Origin: Prasinococcaceae sp. CCMP 1430
Lineage: Eukaryota; Plantae; Prasinodermophyta
NCBI GenBank assembly: GCA_013416795.1
Contig: RQSC01000032.1
Span: 853,566-913,019 of the forward strand
Reading direction: 5' to 3'
Length of the DNA stretch: 59,454 nucleotides
Position numbers and translations under genes: made by a program. Shown here piece by piece: positions 1 to 11,332 of this stretch. The notes under the pieces are model-generated. The model had not been told where the DNA came from. It saw only the letters and a program-made list of their open reading frames with translations, and made no database searches. The stretch's first letter is position 1. Each line of letters begins with the position of its first letter.

Positions 1-2
1 CG

Positions 3-2661
3 CCCTCCTCCGCCTGCCGCGGGGGCGCCGGCGCTGGCCCCTCGGGCGCGCCAGCGGTGGCGGCGCTCGCCGCCGCGGCCGCGTTCACGGCGGCCGCGGC
101 GGCGCGCAAGATGCGTCTTCCAGACGGCGACGCCACTGCGCGGGGCGACGCAAAGGCAGAGGACGGTGCGCCGGACGCCGAGGCGTCCGCTCCCCAGAAC
201 GAGGCCGGCTCGCTCGCGGCGGAGGACGGAGATGCCGGCGAAGACGCGGCGGTAGATGGCGCGCAGCTAGATGACGCCACGGCCGAGGACGGTACGGCGG
301 ACGCCGAGGGGTCAGCTCCGCAGAACGAGGCCGGCTTGCGCGATGGGGAGGAAGAGGGGCAGCGGGCCGACGGCCCGGTGGTGGCGAACTTGAGCGAGGC
401 GGCGGATGACTCAGAGGTGGTCGACGACCAAATAGTCGACTCGGAGGACTCAGAGGCGGTCGACGACCAAATAGTCGACTCGGATGACTCAGAGGCGGCC
501 GACGACCAAAAAATCGTCGACTCGGCGGACTCGGAGGCGGCCGACGACCAAACCCTCGTCGAATCGGCGGAGTCGGAGGCGGTCGACGACCAAATCTTCG
601 TCGACTCGGCGGACACCGAAGCGGACGATTCAACAGACGCAGACCCACAACAAGAGCTGGCAGCGGACTCCGCGGTCGCTTCGGGAGGGTCGGTCGACTC
701 GGACGACGACGAGAAGGCGTCCATTGCCGAGCGCCTGCGCGCCAAGCTCGAGCGCTTCACGCAGCGACCGCGCGGGCCGCCCGAGCCCGAGCCGGAGACG
801 GCCAGCCTGGTCGCCGACGCCGAGCAATACCACGTCGACGACGCGGAAGCGGCCGTCGATGTCGACCACCACCCCCACGTCGACGACGCGGAAGCCGTCG
901 ACGCCCTCCCTCCCACCCCGCAAGATGCGGCAGCTGAAGTCGATCTCGACGCCCTCCCGCCCACCCCCCAAGATGCAGCAGCTGAAGTCGACGACGACGC
1001 CCCGCCCGCCCCCCAGGATGCAGCGGTCGTCCAGCCCGGTGGCGCGCAACCGAGGGCGAAGGAGGTCGCAGACACGAAGAACAGCTTCTCGAGGCTGGCC
1101 GAGGACGCCCTGGTGCCCAACGTCCACTCAAGGCCCGCGAACGAGGTCGCCGCCGAGGCGGCCGAGGCGCGCGAGCAGGGGTACGAGACGTGGGCGGACA
1201 TGGTGGCGTGCGAGGCGGTGCGGACCGGCCGCGACTCGCGGCTGACCGACGGCGCGGTGGAGCGCCTCGCCGCCGTGCGAGCGCGGCTCGGGCGGCTCGC
1301 GGCGATGGGGGAGGGCGACCACGGCGACCACAGCGCCGCCCTCGGGGGCGTCTCCCTCGACGCTTACGTCGACGCGCTGCAGGCGAGCGGCCAGCGCCTG
1401 TTCCACAGCTACTACATGCACGAGGCGCACGGCAGCGCGGGCCGCGCGGCGTTCCTGCACTCGCTCTCCCGCACGGCGCGCCTGGTCGGCGAGGTGTCCA
1501 TGTCGGTGGGCGAGGGGGGCTTCTCGGACGTCTTCTGGTGCGAGTCGCCCGAGGTGGCGTGGCCCGGCTGGAAGGGGCGAGCGGTGCTCAAGTGCTGCGA
1601 GTACGGCTACGAGGGCCTCGGCATGGCGTTCGCGGAGGTCGAGGCGTCGGCCCTGGACATGCTGCCCCCGCACAGGGGCGTGGTCTCGATGGCCGCCTGC
1701 CACCTCGACTTCGACGAGCAGATGGCATACCTCGTGCTCGGAAACGCCGGCGAGAGCTTGTACAACCTCCGGGAGGAGTACGACATGTCCCCCACCCAGA
1801 TTCGACGCCTGCTGCAGCAGCTGCTCGAGGCCCTGGCGTTCATCCACGCCCGGGGCGTTGTCCACCGCGACTTGGTGCGCGCGCGCCCTCGCACGCGCAA
1901 GGAGTTCCCCCGATAGCCCCGCCCCCACCCCACCCCAACCCAACCCGCCCCCCGCGCCGCCCGCGCGACTCTGGAGCGAGCCGCTGACACGCGCGCCCGC
2001 GCGCGCCCCACCACAGAAACCTGCCAACGTGGTCATCAACGCGGAGGGCACGGCGGTGCTCATCGACTTCGGCACCGCGCGCTCGCCCGCCATCGGGGAC
2101 CTCCTGGAGGACCCGCGCATGTACGGGACGCCGGGCTTCCAGGCGCCGGAGCTGCTGTTCGGCGACGCCGACCAGCACGACCTCGAAGCGTACGCCAAGG
2201 TGGACGTCTTCTCGCTAGGCTGCGTGGCGTACTACCTCGTTTGCGCGCAGGACATCTTCTGCGACATCGGCACGTACGAGCGCGGCACGTGGGCCTGCCG
2301 GCTCGACCCGCGCATAGCGGACGTGGTCGAGTCTTGCGACCCGGACATGGTGACGCCGCTGGACTGCATCATGAACATGGCGCGCTTCAGCGACTACGAG
2401 CTCTCGCCAGAGCGCGCCGAGGCCTTCACCGAGGAGTGGCTCATGGACGCGCCCAAGCACCCCGTTGAGACCCTCCGCGAGCATCTGGAGGTCAACATGC
2501 GCGGCTTCCCGGCGGAGCTCATCGACGTGGTCGAGGCGCTGCTCTGTCCAGACCCCGCCGCCAGGCCGACGGCCGCCGAGGCGCTCGAGATGCCTTTCTT
2601 CAAGGAGGGCCGGGACGAGGACGACGCCCTCTACAAGCGCGTCGTCGCGAAGGCGCTGTAG
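3..2661 (+). CDS. Ser/Thr protein kinase (CMGC/CDK-like, divergent) with long acidic repetitive N-terminus; 2 exons (intron 1875-2016); the frame is open to the window edge, so the start may lie upstream (first ATG 111)
   Basis: GT at 1875, branch CTGAC ~1984, CAG 2014-2016. Splicing joins HRDL|KPANV. Also GEGGFS Gly-loop, VLK, DFG, GTPGFQAPE, DVFSLGC. TGTAA at 2720 follows the stop. Confidence 0.92.
408..630 (+). repeat. Coding tandem repeat, ~36-39 bp unit (DSEAVDDQIVDS-type), ~5-6 degenerate copies; further LPPTPQDAAAEVD repeats at ~900-1025
   Basis: Recurrent gactcggaggcggtcgacgaccaaatagtc-like units are visible in the DNA and the translation. Confidence 0.9.
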
Positions 2662-2719
2662 GGCGGCTGTGCGCGCGCGCGCGCGCGCGCGCGCATCTGC
2701 CTCCCTGTGGGTGGCCGCA

Positions 2720-2724
2720 TGTAA
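2720..2724 (+). terminator. Chlorophyte-type polyadenylation signal TGTAA (also 36539, 40506, 54753)
   Basis: TGTAA occurs 2-81 nt downstream of four independent stop codons. Confidence 0.6.
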
Positions 2725-2870
2725 GGCGTCGGCGTAGCCCCGGTGGCGCGTCCCGAGCCGCTCGCCTCTCGCGCCCACGCGCACGCGCGCGGCAATGGCA
2801 GCGCACCCTGCAACACGCGCTCGCACGCGTTCGATGCAGGCACAGAGAAGCAGAGCCCCCGGGAGTTCGC

Positions 2871-3780
2871 TTACAGTTGCGCGTGGCTGCGGGTCGCGGT
2901 GAGTTGGGGCCCGAGCCACATGCCCGGCGACGGCGGCCGGAGCAGCGGCGCATCGTGGGCGCCGCGGCCGCCGTCGCCTCTCGGCTTCGCTGAGGGCGGC
3001 CGGAATCGCTGGTAGCCCTGGCGCGCCGCGGCTGCGACCCCCATCGTCGTCCGCCGCTCGGCGCTGCGACCGGTCAGCTGTGACTTGGTCGGGGCTGACC
3101 TCGCGCTTTGGCCAGCACGCGTCGGCACCGGCGGCATCCTCGCGGTTGAGCCGGCCGACGCCGACGCTGCGGGCGATGGCGCCCGCCCTGGGGCGGCCGC
3201 GCCCATCCGGGGCATCAACGGTGGCCGCGGTATGACGTACGCATGCACCGCAGCGGCGGCGTGCGCGCCGCGGCGGTGGTTTGCACCGGCGTCTCCATCG
3301 TCGCCGGAATCGGGATCGTCGGGCCACGCCTCCCAATCGATGTCGTCGTCGTCGTGCCCGCGCGCCGCCGCGCTCGTCTGCGGCATCGTCCCTGCCGCGA
3401 CACGTGGCATTCCCGCCGGGAGCCCCCGCTCCGGCGCGGGGGCTGCAGCGGCGGGCTCAGTGGTCGGATCTGCAGCGAGATCGTCTGCCGCAGCAGGCGC
3501 GCTCGTGGCGCTCGTGCCGTACATGCGCTCGAACATCGCCAGGGCCGAGGTGACCTGATCGCGGTCAGCGGCGCCGTACTGCGCGCGCAGGCGCGCGATG
3601 AGCCCCCCGCTGGGAGTCGCCGGCCGCGCGGCCGCGCCCTCGCCGCCGCCGCGCGCGGCTGCGAACGGAGGCGCCGACGCCGGCGGCGCCGCGAAGGCTT
3701 CGGGGGCCGGGGGTGCGCCCAAGCACGGGGCGCCCAAGCAAGGACAGGGATCCAGAAAGCGCCCGGCTGGCAAGGTGCGC
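2871..3780 (-). CDS. Hypothetical low-complexity protein (acidic [13 protein letters not shown] patch); start unresolved
   Basis: Part of ORF 2871..4067 with protein-like segments ([14 protein letters not shown]). No family motif. Confidence 0.35.
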
Positions 3781-4102
3781 CGCGCCGCGCCTCGAGCCTC
3801 GATCCTACTCGCACGCGCATGAGCACGCGCCGGATCTGCGCTCAGAGCGCCACGGGCGCACACAGGGGCGGCCGCGGCAGGGTTGGGCGCGCGCGCTTTG
3901 CAGCAGTTCGCATGAGTCCTGCCCCCGCGGAGCCTCGCTGACGGGCTGGTGGTGTGGTCGTTCGGCCGCCCCCCTCTTTCTGCCCCTACCTCGCGCCGTG
4001 CACGGGCGCGCGTGTGGCTGCCCCCCCCCACACACACCCGCGCCCCCGCTGTCCGCCCTGTCCCCACCCTTCGCCGATCTCGCCCACTCGCAAACGCGGC
4101 AG

Positions 4103-4330
4103 GATGATGATGGTGGCGGAGACGCGGCTGGTGGAAAGCGCCCGCGGCTCGTGTGGACGCCGCAGCTGCACCGCCGCTTTGTCGACGCAGTGCAGCACCT
4201 CGGCATCAATGCCGCCGTGCCGAAGACCATCATGCAGCTCATGAACGTGGAAGGCCTCACGCGCGAGAACGTGGCGTCGCACCTGCAGAAGTATAGGCTT
4301 TACCTCAAGCGGCTCTCCAACAACCCGTGA
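4103..4330 (+). CDS. LUX: GARP/Myb-like (SHAQKY-class) transcription factor, LUX ARRHYTHMO/PCL1-like DNA-binding domain; 5' exon not resolved
   Basis: [59 protein letters not shown] follows the CAG acceptor at 4100-4102. Confidence 0.8.
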   Translation, partial: DDDGGGDAAGGKRPRLVWTPQLHRRFVDAVQHLGINAAVPKTIMQLMNVEGLTRENVASHLQKYRLYLKRLSNNP

Positions 4331-4590
4331 ACCACCTGCGGGGCGCACGAGCAGGTCCGCTGCTGCGGCAGCCTCACGCGGCAGGGGCGCTGGGGGAACC
4401 GCATCGCGCGCGCGGGCGCGGCAGCGGTGCGGAGTGCGCACTGCGCTGCGGCGTACCTCTCGCCCGTGCACACCCAGCCGCACGTGCGGTGCCCGGCCGA
4501 ACGCGCCGCTGTCTCGTCTGACACCGTAAACGAAACCCGACACTATGTAGTCCTCGCTAGCGTGTTCTACGATTTACTGTGTGGCGCGAG

Positions 4591-5886
4591 TTATGCTGCT
4601 GCGGGCGGTGCACTGCCTGCCCCCGCCTCGTCGCCGCCGCCGCCGCCCTTCTTGGCCTCGCGCGTGCCCTGCTTGGGGCTGTTCGGCTTGATGATCCACC
4701 TATCGAACCACTCAGGCACGGTGACCTTGAGTGGCCTCGGTCGGGTGGACACGCCTGGTGGGGCCTGCGAGTAGTCCCTCCCAACCAGGCGGCCCATCTT
4801 GGCTAGTTTGAAGTCTCGCGCTGCGACCGTGAACGCCAGCGTGAGCGCACTGCCGAGCGCGACCGCACACACGCGCAGGTGGTCCCTGGTCTCAACGCCG
4901 GTTGCGGCGGCCAGCAGGCAGATCAGCACGCCGCCCGCGCTCACCGCAATGCCCGTCACACGCTGGTCGAGTGGGTACGAGCCCACGCTCGCCTCGCGCT
5001 CGCTGCTGCGCGCGCTGCGCGGACTCGCCGCAATGTAGCAGCGCGCGAGCGCGTAATACGCCAGGTGCGCCGCCGCGACGAGCGCAGCGCCCACTGCGGG
5101 AAAGTCGGCGCCCACGGCGTGCGTGTAGCCAGCCAGCGAGAGCGCGTGCGCGCACAGAACAAGCGCCGCGTGGCGCTTCGCCGCCGCGCGCTCGCGCATG
5201 CCCGGCACGCACGTGAGCGCCGTTTGCGTGGCGTACAGCTCCCGCAGCCAGAACGCAATGGCGGCGGGCAGCGTGACGAGCAGCGCGGCGAAGAGTGCCG
5301 CGTCGCCCAGCACGGCAGTCTGCCACGTCTGCATCAGGCCCAGCGGCGCGAGCAGTGAGCCCTCCAGGTACACCATGGCGGGGTAGTGGGTGACGGCCAG
5401 CATCGCGAAGCATCGCACGGCGAGCGTCACGCCCACGAACACGAGTGTGCCGCGCACGAGCACCAGCGGCAGGTCGAGCAGCACGCGCTCGGCCGGCCCG
5501 GGGGTCTGGGCGTCTTCGATGGCCGCGTCAAGGTCGGCCTGCGAGGCCTCGCGGCGCGCGCGCTCCTCCGGCGTGACGCTCTCCTCGTCCTCTGCGGCCA
5601 TGCGCTCGAACAGCTCCCCAAGGTCGGGAGGCGCGCGCTCGCCCTCGCCCTCGCCCTTTGCGCCCTTGCCGGCCTCGCCCCCGGCCCCACCGCCGCCGCC
5701 GCCGCCGCCGGCAGCGCGCACGAGGCCGCCGCCGCTACCGCGGCGGCCGCCCGGCGAGACGCCGCCGCCATCGCGCCTCGACACCCGCGCAGCCTCCCCC
5801 TCCCCCGCCCGCGCTGTGCCGCCTGCCACTGCCGCACACCCGCGCAGCGCCAGGCTCGCCTCCCCAGCCTCACAGCAGCGCCTCAC
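4591..5886 (-). CDS. Hypothetical multi-pass membrane protein; true start uncertain
   Basis: Long ORF with ~6 hydrophobic segments (e.g. LVLVRGTLVFVGVTLAVRCFAMLAV) after an Ala/Gly/Arg-rich N-terminus; the ORF starts at GTG. Confidence 0.6.
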   Translation of the reverse strand: MRRCCEAGEASLALRGCAAVAGGTARAGEGEAARVSRRDGGGVSPGGRRGSGGGLVRAAGGGGGGGGAGGEAGKGAKGEGEGERAPPDLGELFERMAAEDEESVTPEERARREASQADLDAAIEDAQTPGPAERVLLDLPLVLVRGTLVFVGVTLAVRCFAMLAVTHYPAMVYLEGSLLAPLGLMQTWQTAVLGDAALFAALLVTLPAAIAFWLRELYATQTALTCVPGMRERAAAKRHAALVLCAHALSLAGYTHAVGADFPAVGAALVAAAHLAYYALARCYIAASPRSARSSEREASVGSYPLDQRVTGIAVSAGGVLICLLAAATGVETRDHLRVCAVALGSALTLAFTVAARDFKLAKMGRLVGRDYSQAPPGVSTRPRPLKVTVPEWFDRWIIKPNSPKQGTREAKKGGGGGDEAGAGSAPPAAA

Positions 5887-6104
5887 AGCAGCGGGTACGT
5901 CCTAGCCAGCCAGTGGTCGCACCTTGGTCGAACCCGGGTAATTCGAGGAAGTGCTGGCTTTGAATCGGCTTGACATGAGTCTGACCGGGTTCCAAACTGG
6001 GCCAAGTTGTGCCACTACCTCGACTGCCTCGGCTCCAGGCACGGTCGTTGTATTAGGGTTTATTTGTTGAGCATTTTACATTCAATTGACGGCTGAAATG
6101 GAGC

Positions 6105-6114
6105 AAACCCTAAA
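6105..6114 (+). promoter_or_regulatory. Telo-box / telomere-repeat-like motif AAACCCTAAA (similar motifs at 6053, 14060-14077, 43795, 51393, 53069)
   Basis: TTTAGGG-type motifs are seen in AT-richer intergenic islands near gene 5' ends. Confidence 0.5.
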
Positions 6115-7061
6115 TTGCGTTAGGGGTGGAACGCTTCACGCTCAGACGTGCAGTGTCGCGTGCTTCCCGCCCCACGCGCAGTGCAATCCGCAGGCTGCTC
6201 ATCAGCCGGCCGCGGATGGAGAATCGGTATCAGATGTAGGGTCTGTTCTTTAAGTCATGACGCATTCTTTTTGGAGGAATTTGGTTTGGGTTTGGTCCGC
6301 CTTATCTCCTATTCTCTGCCCTGTACTGGCGCTCGAGATCCGCGCCGGGCGGGGTGGCCCCCCGGCCCAGGTGCGAACGCATGCGCGCCGCGCACGTCGA
6401 AACGCATGGGGGGTTTTCAATGCGTTTTGACCTCGGGGTTGGGGGACGGCCGCGCGCTCCCGACCTCGGCCGCCTCGCGTGAGGCACAGGAAGGGGGCGC
6501 CCCCGCCCGCGCCATTCCGGCGCGCGAGCGACGTATTCCATCCGAACTCCACTGTGACGCCTCGCCGGCCCTCGCATCCGCAGCACGACGAGCGGGGGGG
6601 CGCGCACACGAGTGCGCAGTGCAGTTGGGGGTTCGGATGTTTTAGGATAGATTATAGGGTTTCTAAAGTGGCGTTCCCGGAAAATTCCCGTTCCCCCGCG
6701 GGCGAACGGGCCGTTCTGCGCGCGCCCAAAAGCGGCGCGGAGGGAGGGTGAGCGCAGGGGGGCGCGCGGGCGGAAGCGGGCGCGCGCGAGCGCGAGCGGC
6801 GGTGCCGAGGTGGCTGCGCGCGGGTGCCTCTCTGTTTGCCTCCCTCGCGCGCGCAGGCGCGCCCAGGGGCGCGCCGCGCTCGCGCGCCGTTGGCTTTGTG
6901 ATGCGATGCGACGGGAAACTGCCGGCCTGACGCGGCTGTCGCGGCCCCCCTCCACACGTCTGCGCGCCGCGCCAATCCGCCCACGCGCGCCTGTCCCTGC
7001 GCCCGCCCGCCCGCCCACGCCGGGCTGCGCGCGTATAGACAGCGCCCCCGGAGGCGAGGAC

Positions 7062-8879
7062 ATGGAGCACCATCACGCCTTGCCGAGCGCGCCCGGCAGC
7101 GGTCCCGCGGCCAACATCGGGGTCGGCGGGGGCGTGGGGCGTGGCAAAATGCTGCGCCCCCCGTCAGCCTACGATGATAGCGACGGCTCCGGGGACGACG
7201 ACTCGGATTGCGGCAGCGATGGCGACGGCAGCAGCAGCAGCGATGGCGAGGGTGACGGCACCGGGGACGGTGGGGCGGCCGGGAGCGACGGCGACGGCGA
7301 CGACGAGGAGCTGCTGCACCGCACGCGCTTGCCTGGCCGCGGGCCAGCGGTGCCATTTAGTGGCAAGAGGCTGCGACCGCCGGAGGCCGAAAGCGATGAC
7401 GGCGACGGCGACGACAATGGCGGCGGCAGCGAATCGCAAGGGGAGGAGGAGATGTCGGACTTCTCAGACGCCGACTCCGTGGAGATTTCGGAGGACGACG
7501 ACGACGAGTACGGGCCCATCAGCAAGCCAGCAGCCAAGAAACTCAAGTCAGATACGCGCCTCGGCAAGTCGCAACGCACGCCGCCCAAGCGGCAGGCGCC
7601 CTCTCGCTCCGCAGACGCCCGTGACGCTGCCGCTGCCGCCAAGGTTCCCGCCGCCGCGGCCACGCCGAAGGCAAGAGCCAAGCCCAAGGCGCGCGCTTCC
7701 TCCAAAGACGCGACCCCGAGTCGCAGGGATCGCCGCACCTCAAGCAGCCCTGCGCCGCGCCCCAAGGCGGCGAGCAAGGGGAAGAGCGCCGCCGAGAAGG
7801 AACAGGACGAGTTCAATGACCGCGTCGCGCGACGCACCGAGGAGAAGCTCAGGGCGCTTAAGCGCGGCAAGGGAGCGGGCACCGGCGCCACGCCGCCGAT
7901 GGGCAAGACCCCCTCGCCGGCGAACGGCACGCCTTCCACGGGCGGTGTGAGCACGCCCATTGAGAACGAGGAGAAGGTGGAGCGCGTGCCCACGGCGCGG
8001 GAGCTCGTCGAGCTGGCTGACAGGTACTTCTCCGAGGGGCGCAAGCTCAAGCACACCGCCGACGATCTCGACAAGCAGGCTGCTCAGATGCGCGCCAAGG
8101 GGCAGACCGCCGAGGCCTCAAAATACAAGCGGGAGGGCGCCTCGGTCATGCTGCGGTCATGCTTCAAGTTCCTGCTGGCGTCGGCAGGGTACAAGGAGAA
8201 GGGGCGCGAGTACAGCGCTCGTGCAAAGGGCTACACCAGGGGGACGCCCGAGCACGCAGCGCTCGTGAACAAGGCCGCGGGATTCACCAACAAGGCGGAC
8301 GAGATGATGCCGAGCACGATCAACCTGCTCGACCTGGCCAGCAAGAGGCTCCAGAAAGTCCACCTGCCGGCGCTCGAGGTGATCGCGCTTGCCGTGCGGG
8401 CGGCGGCGAGCCAGCGCCAGCTCCTGTCCCGCCTGTCCAGGCCGGTGTCGTCGCAGTCGCGCAGGGAGGTGGCCATGCAGGTACTCGGGCCCGCGCACAT
8501 GGACCCGGCCGCAGGCAAAGTGAAGCCGCTGTCCCAGGATGCGCTCAACAGCCTTGAGATCAGCATCGGAAGCGTCGCGAAGGACGTCCAGCGGGTGCAT
8601 CGCGACTCCAAGGACTCGGCGGCCGCGTGTTCTGCGTGGCAGGCACTGCAGGTAGCCACCAGCGTGTACGAGGACCACACGCCGCGCACAGAGGAGGCCA
8701 CCAAGGTGCTGTCCTCGGCAAGCGTGCTCACGAGGTTCGGTGGCAACGTTCCGTACGAGGACATGGCGGCCCACGGCATCGGCCTCCTGTCGGATTTTTC
8801 GGGTGAGGCCTTCAACGCGCCCTTCGTGAGCGCGGCCGCCAGCGCACGCGCCGAGTTCAACGCTCGCCGCATGGCCTGA
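7062..8879 (+). CDS. Nuclear protein with acidic/Lys-rich disordered N-half and an AF4/FMR2 CHD-like (plant CW-zinc-finger C-terminal-like) helical domain
   Basis: Single-exon ORF. ADRYFSEGRKLKHTADDL...SCFKFLLAS resembles the EAKKLKHxAD and A+KFLHGA motifs recalled for AFF and plant CWZF C-termini. Confidence 0.7.
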   Translation: MEHHHALPSAPGSGPAANIGVGGGVGRGKMLRPPSAYDDSDGSGDDDSDCGSDGDGSSSSDGEGDGTGDGGAAGSDGDGDDEELLHRTRLPGRGPAVPFSGKRLRPPEAESDDGDGDDNGGGSESQGEEEMSDFSDADSVEISEDDDDEYGPISKPAAKKLKSDTRLGKSQRTPPKRQAPSRSADARDAAAAAKVPAAAATPKARAKPKARASSKDATPSRRDRRTSSSPAPRPKAASKGKSAAEKEQDEFNDRVARRTEEKLRALKRGKGAGTGATPPMGKTPSPANGTPSTGGVSTPIENEEKVERVPTARELVELADRYFSEGRKLKHTADDLDKQAAQMRAKGQTAEASKYKREGASVMLRSCFKFLLASAGYKEKGREYSARAKGYTRGTPEHAALVNKAAGFTNKADEMMPSTINLLDLASKRLQKVHLPALEVIALAVRAAASQRQLLSRLSRPVSSQSRREVAMQVLGPAHMDPAAGKVKPLSQDALNSLEISIGSVAKDVQRVHRDSKDSAAACSAWQALQVATSVYEDHTPRTEEATKVLSSASVLTRFGGNVPYEDMAAHGIGLLSDFSGEAFNAPFVSAAASARAEFNARRMA

Positions 8880-8997
8880 GCTTTGGGGCGGCGGGGCGGC
8901 GGTCCGCGGCGCGGCGCCGCCGCTGGCGTTCGCGCCAGGGGCACGCTTCGCCGATCTGTCGGCGTGGCGCTGGCGCACGTCCTAACGATTATTAATT

Positions 8998-11331
8998 ATG
9001 CGCGGTCCAGCCGGTCCTGGCGCTGCGGCGCACTGCTCGCCGCGCTCCTGCTTGCTCGCCGCTTCGCCAGTGCGCGTCGAGGCGCTCGCCACCGCCTCGG
9101 CGGCGGCGAAGTTGGTGGGTGCGCCGCAGTCCTGCGCCATCAGCCTTGTGTTGTGGCGCCGGGGGCGCTGTCCCAAAACCGTCCCCGCGTCGAACCCTTT
9201 TGATTTGATACAGTGCATTCATTTTGACCTTTGGACAGCGCACTCGGGTCAACTTGTAAAGTCGTGGGTCGGTGGGGAGGAGCTGGAGCTGGGGGCAGGA
9301 GGAGGTGGCGGCGGGGGGGCGAAACCGCAGGTGCAGTACGTGCGCATCGCAGCTACAAGTGCGCAGAAGCTGCGCTTCTACAATCACGCAGACCTCGCAG
9401 CGCTCGTCGCGCTGCACACTCGCGAGAAGCTCGGGGTCGCAGCCGAAAATTCCGCCCTCAGGGCCGCGCTAACCAAGGCGCTTGAGTATCTACCGGAGGA
9501 CGCGGCGCTCGATGAGGAGGAGCGCCAGGCGCTCATACCGCCCACGGCCGAGGAGAGCGAGCTCGCTGCGATCAACGAGGCCGACGACGGCGCAAACCGC
9601 GTCCTTCTACTTGCCGCGAATGCCGAGATCCAGCGGCTGCGAGCGCTGGCAGAAAAGCAGGCGCTCATGGCGGCGCGAGAAAGCGCATCGCAGGCGGCAC
9701 CCACGCAAACGCCCGCGCCCGCTGAGTCGGGAGGCGTGGCAAACGGCGGGCATGACGTGGCAAGTGAGGGCGGCCAAGACACACCAGACGAGAGCTCTGA
9801 CGTGACAGAGGACGGCCGCACGGTCGGAGGCGCTGCTGACGCGGAACAGTCGCGCCAGGAGCCGTCGGGCGGCAGCGACGATGTTGGTGGAACGGGTGGA
9901 GGGGCGACGATCGCGTGCTTGGAGGCGCGGCTGGAGGAGCTCGAGCGGCAGCTCACGTCAGAGAAGGAGGCCAAGCTACAGCTAGCATCCGCAGTAGCCG
10001 TCGCCGAGGACGGGCAGCATCGCGCCGAGGAGGCGGCATTGCTCGCCCAGCAAAAGATGCGCGAGAGCGAGGAGGCGGCGGAGGTCGAGCGCCAGGCGCG
10101 CAAGGACGCCGTGGACGAGAAAGAGGCACTTCACAAGGAGAAACTCGAGCTCGCGGAGGAAGTCAAATCGCTGACGCCGATAGCCGACAAGGTAGCGAAG
10201 GTGGAGGCCTCTCTGGCATCGTCACGTGAGGCTGCCGAACGCGCACGGCAGGATCGGGACGTGTGCCAACGCAGGCTGGCCGAGCTTGGGCCCGCTGCTG
10301 ATGCTGCCGGGCGCGTTGAACAGCTCTTCGCCAAATCGAAGGAGGCGACGCTAAAAGCCAAGGAGCAACGCGACAAGGCACGCGAGGAGGCGCGTGCCGC
10401 CAAGTCGGAAATGGAGAAGGAGAGAAAGCGCGCCCTCGCTGCCGAAGCCGCCCACGCTGCCCTCGTGGCGCGCCTCGCCGAGGGCCTCAGCGATGCGGCT
10501 GACGCGAGCGAGTCAATTGCGGCGGAGCAGGAGAAGGCAGCGGCGGCTCGCCAGGCCGCATCCCTGGCAATAGCCGAGAGGGATGCCGCCCTTCAGGAGG
10601 GCCATGCGATTCGCGACGAGCGCGACGCGCTATTGGAAGAGCTGCGCGATTTGCAGAGGGACCGCGAATCGCTCGGCACGCTGCGAGAGCGTCTCCAGGA
10701 GGCAGCGCGGCAGCGCGATGCGGCCGAGGCGAGCGCGATGGAAGCCACGCGCCGCGCAGCGGCTGCCGACGTCGCACTCTCCGCCGCTCGCGACCACACC
10801 GCGGCAGCGGACGCCGAGCTCGCGTCCGAGCGACGGCGTCGCGCTGAGATCGAGGCAGAGCTGGCGACCTCAGCGGAGCGCATCAAGGCTGCCACCGACG
10901 CGGCCGTCGTTGCTGACACGGCCAGGCTGGAGGTTGAGGCAAACCTCGAGACCGCGCGCGCGAGCGAGCGCCGTGCGCTGCTGAAGGCCGCAGCCGCGGA
11001 CGAGAAGGACCGCGACGACGAGGAGGCTGTGCGTTCGCTCGCGGCCGCGGACTCGCGCGCGGCACAGGCTGAGGGCAAGGCCTTGGAGGCGTCGCTGCGC
11101 GTTACTGAACTAGAGAACCGCGTGCGCGCCCTGACCTCCGAGCTGCGCGAGTCAAGGGCTGACGCCGACGCCGCCAAAAGTGAGGCCGACGCTGCCAATG
11201 CACGCGTGCGTGAGGCTGCTAGCTCGAGGCCAACGGGTCTAGCTGCCGAGGGTCAAAGGCGCGCACCCATGGATGGTGTCGACCTCGTCTACCTGCGGAA
11301 TACACTGCTGAGATTCCTTGAGTTCGAGACG
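8998..11331 (+). CDS. Coiled-coil golgin with C-terminal GRIP domain, truncated at the single-n junction
   Basis: Long Ala/Glu coiled coil, then GVDLVYLRNTLLRFLEF (first GRIP helix) immediately before the n at 11332. Confidence 0.75.
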
Positions 11332-11332
11332 N

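Noticed and set aside
408-630. CRISPR-like repeat array
   Set aside because: No unique spacers; the repeats are in-frame coding units of the kinase, and the context is eukaryotic
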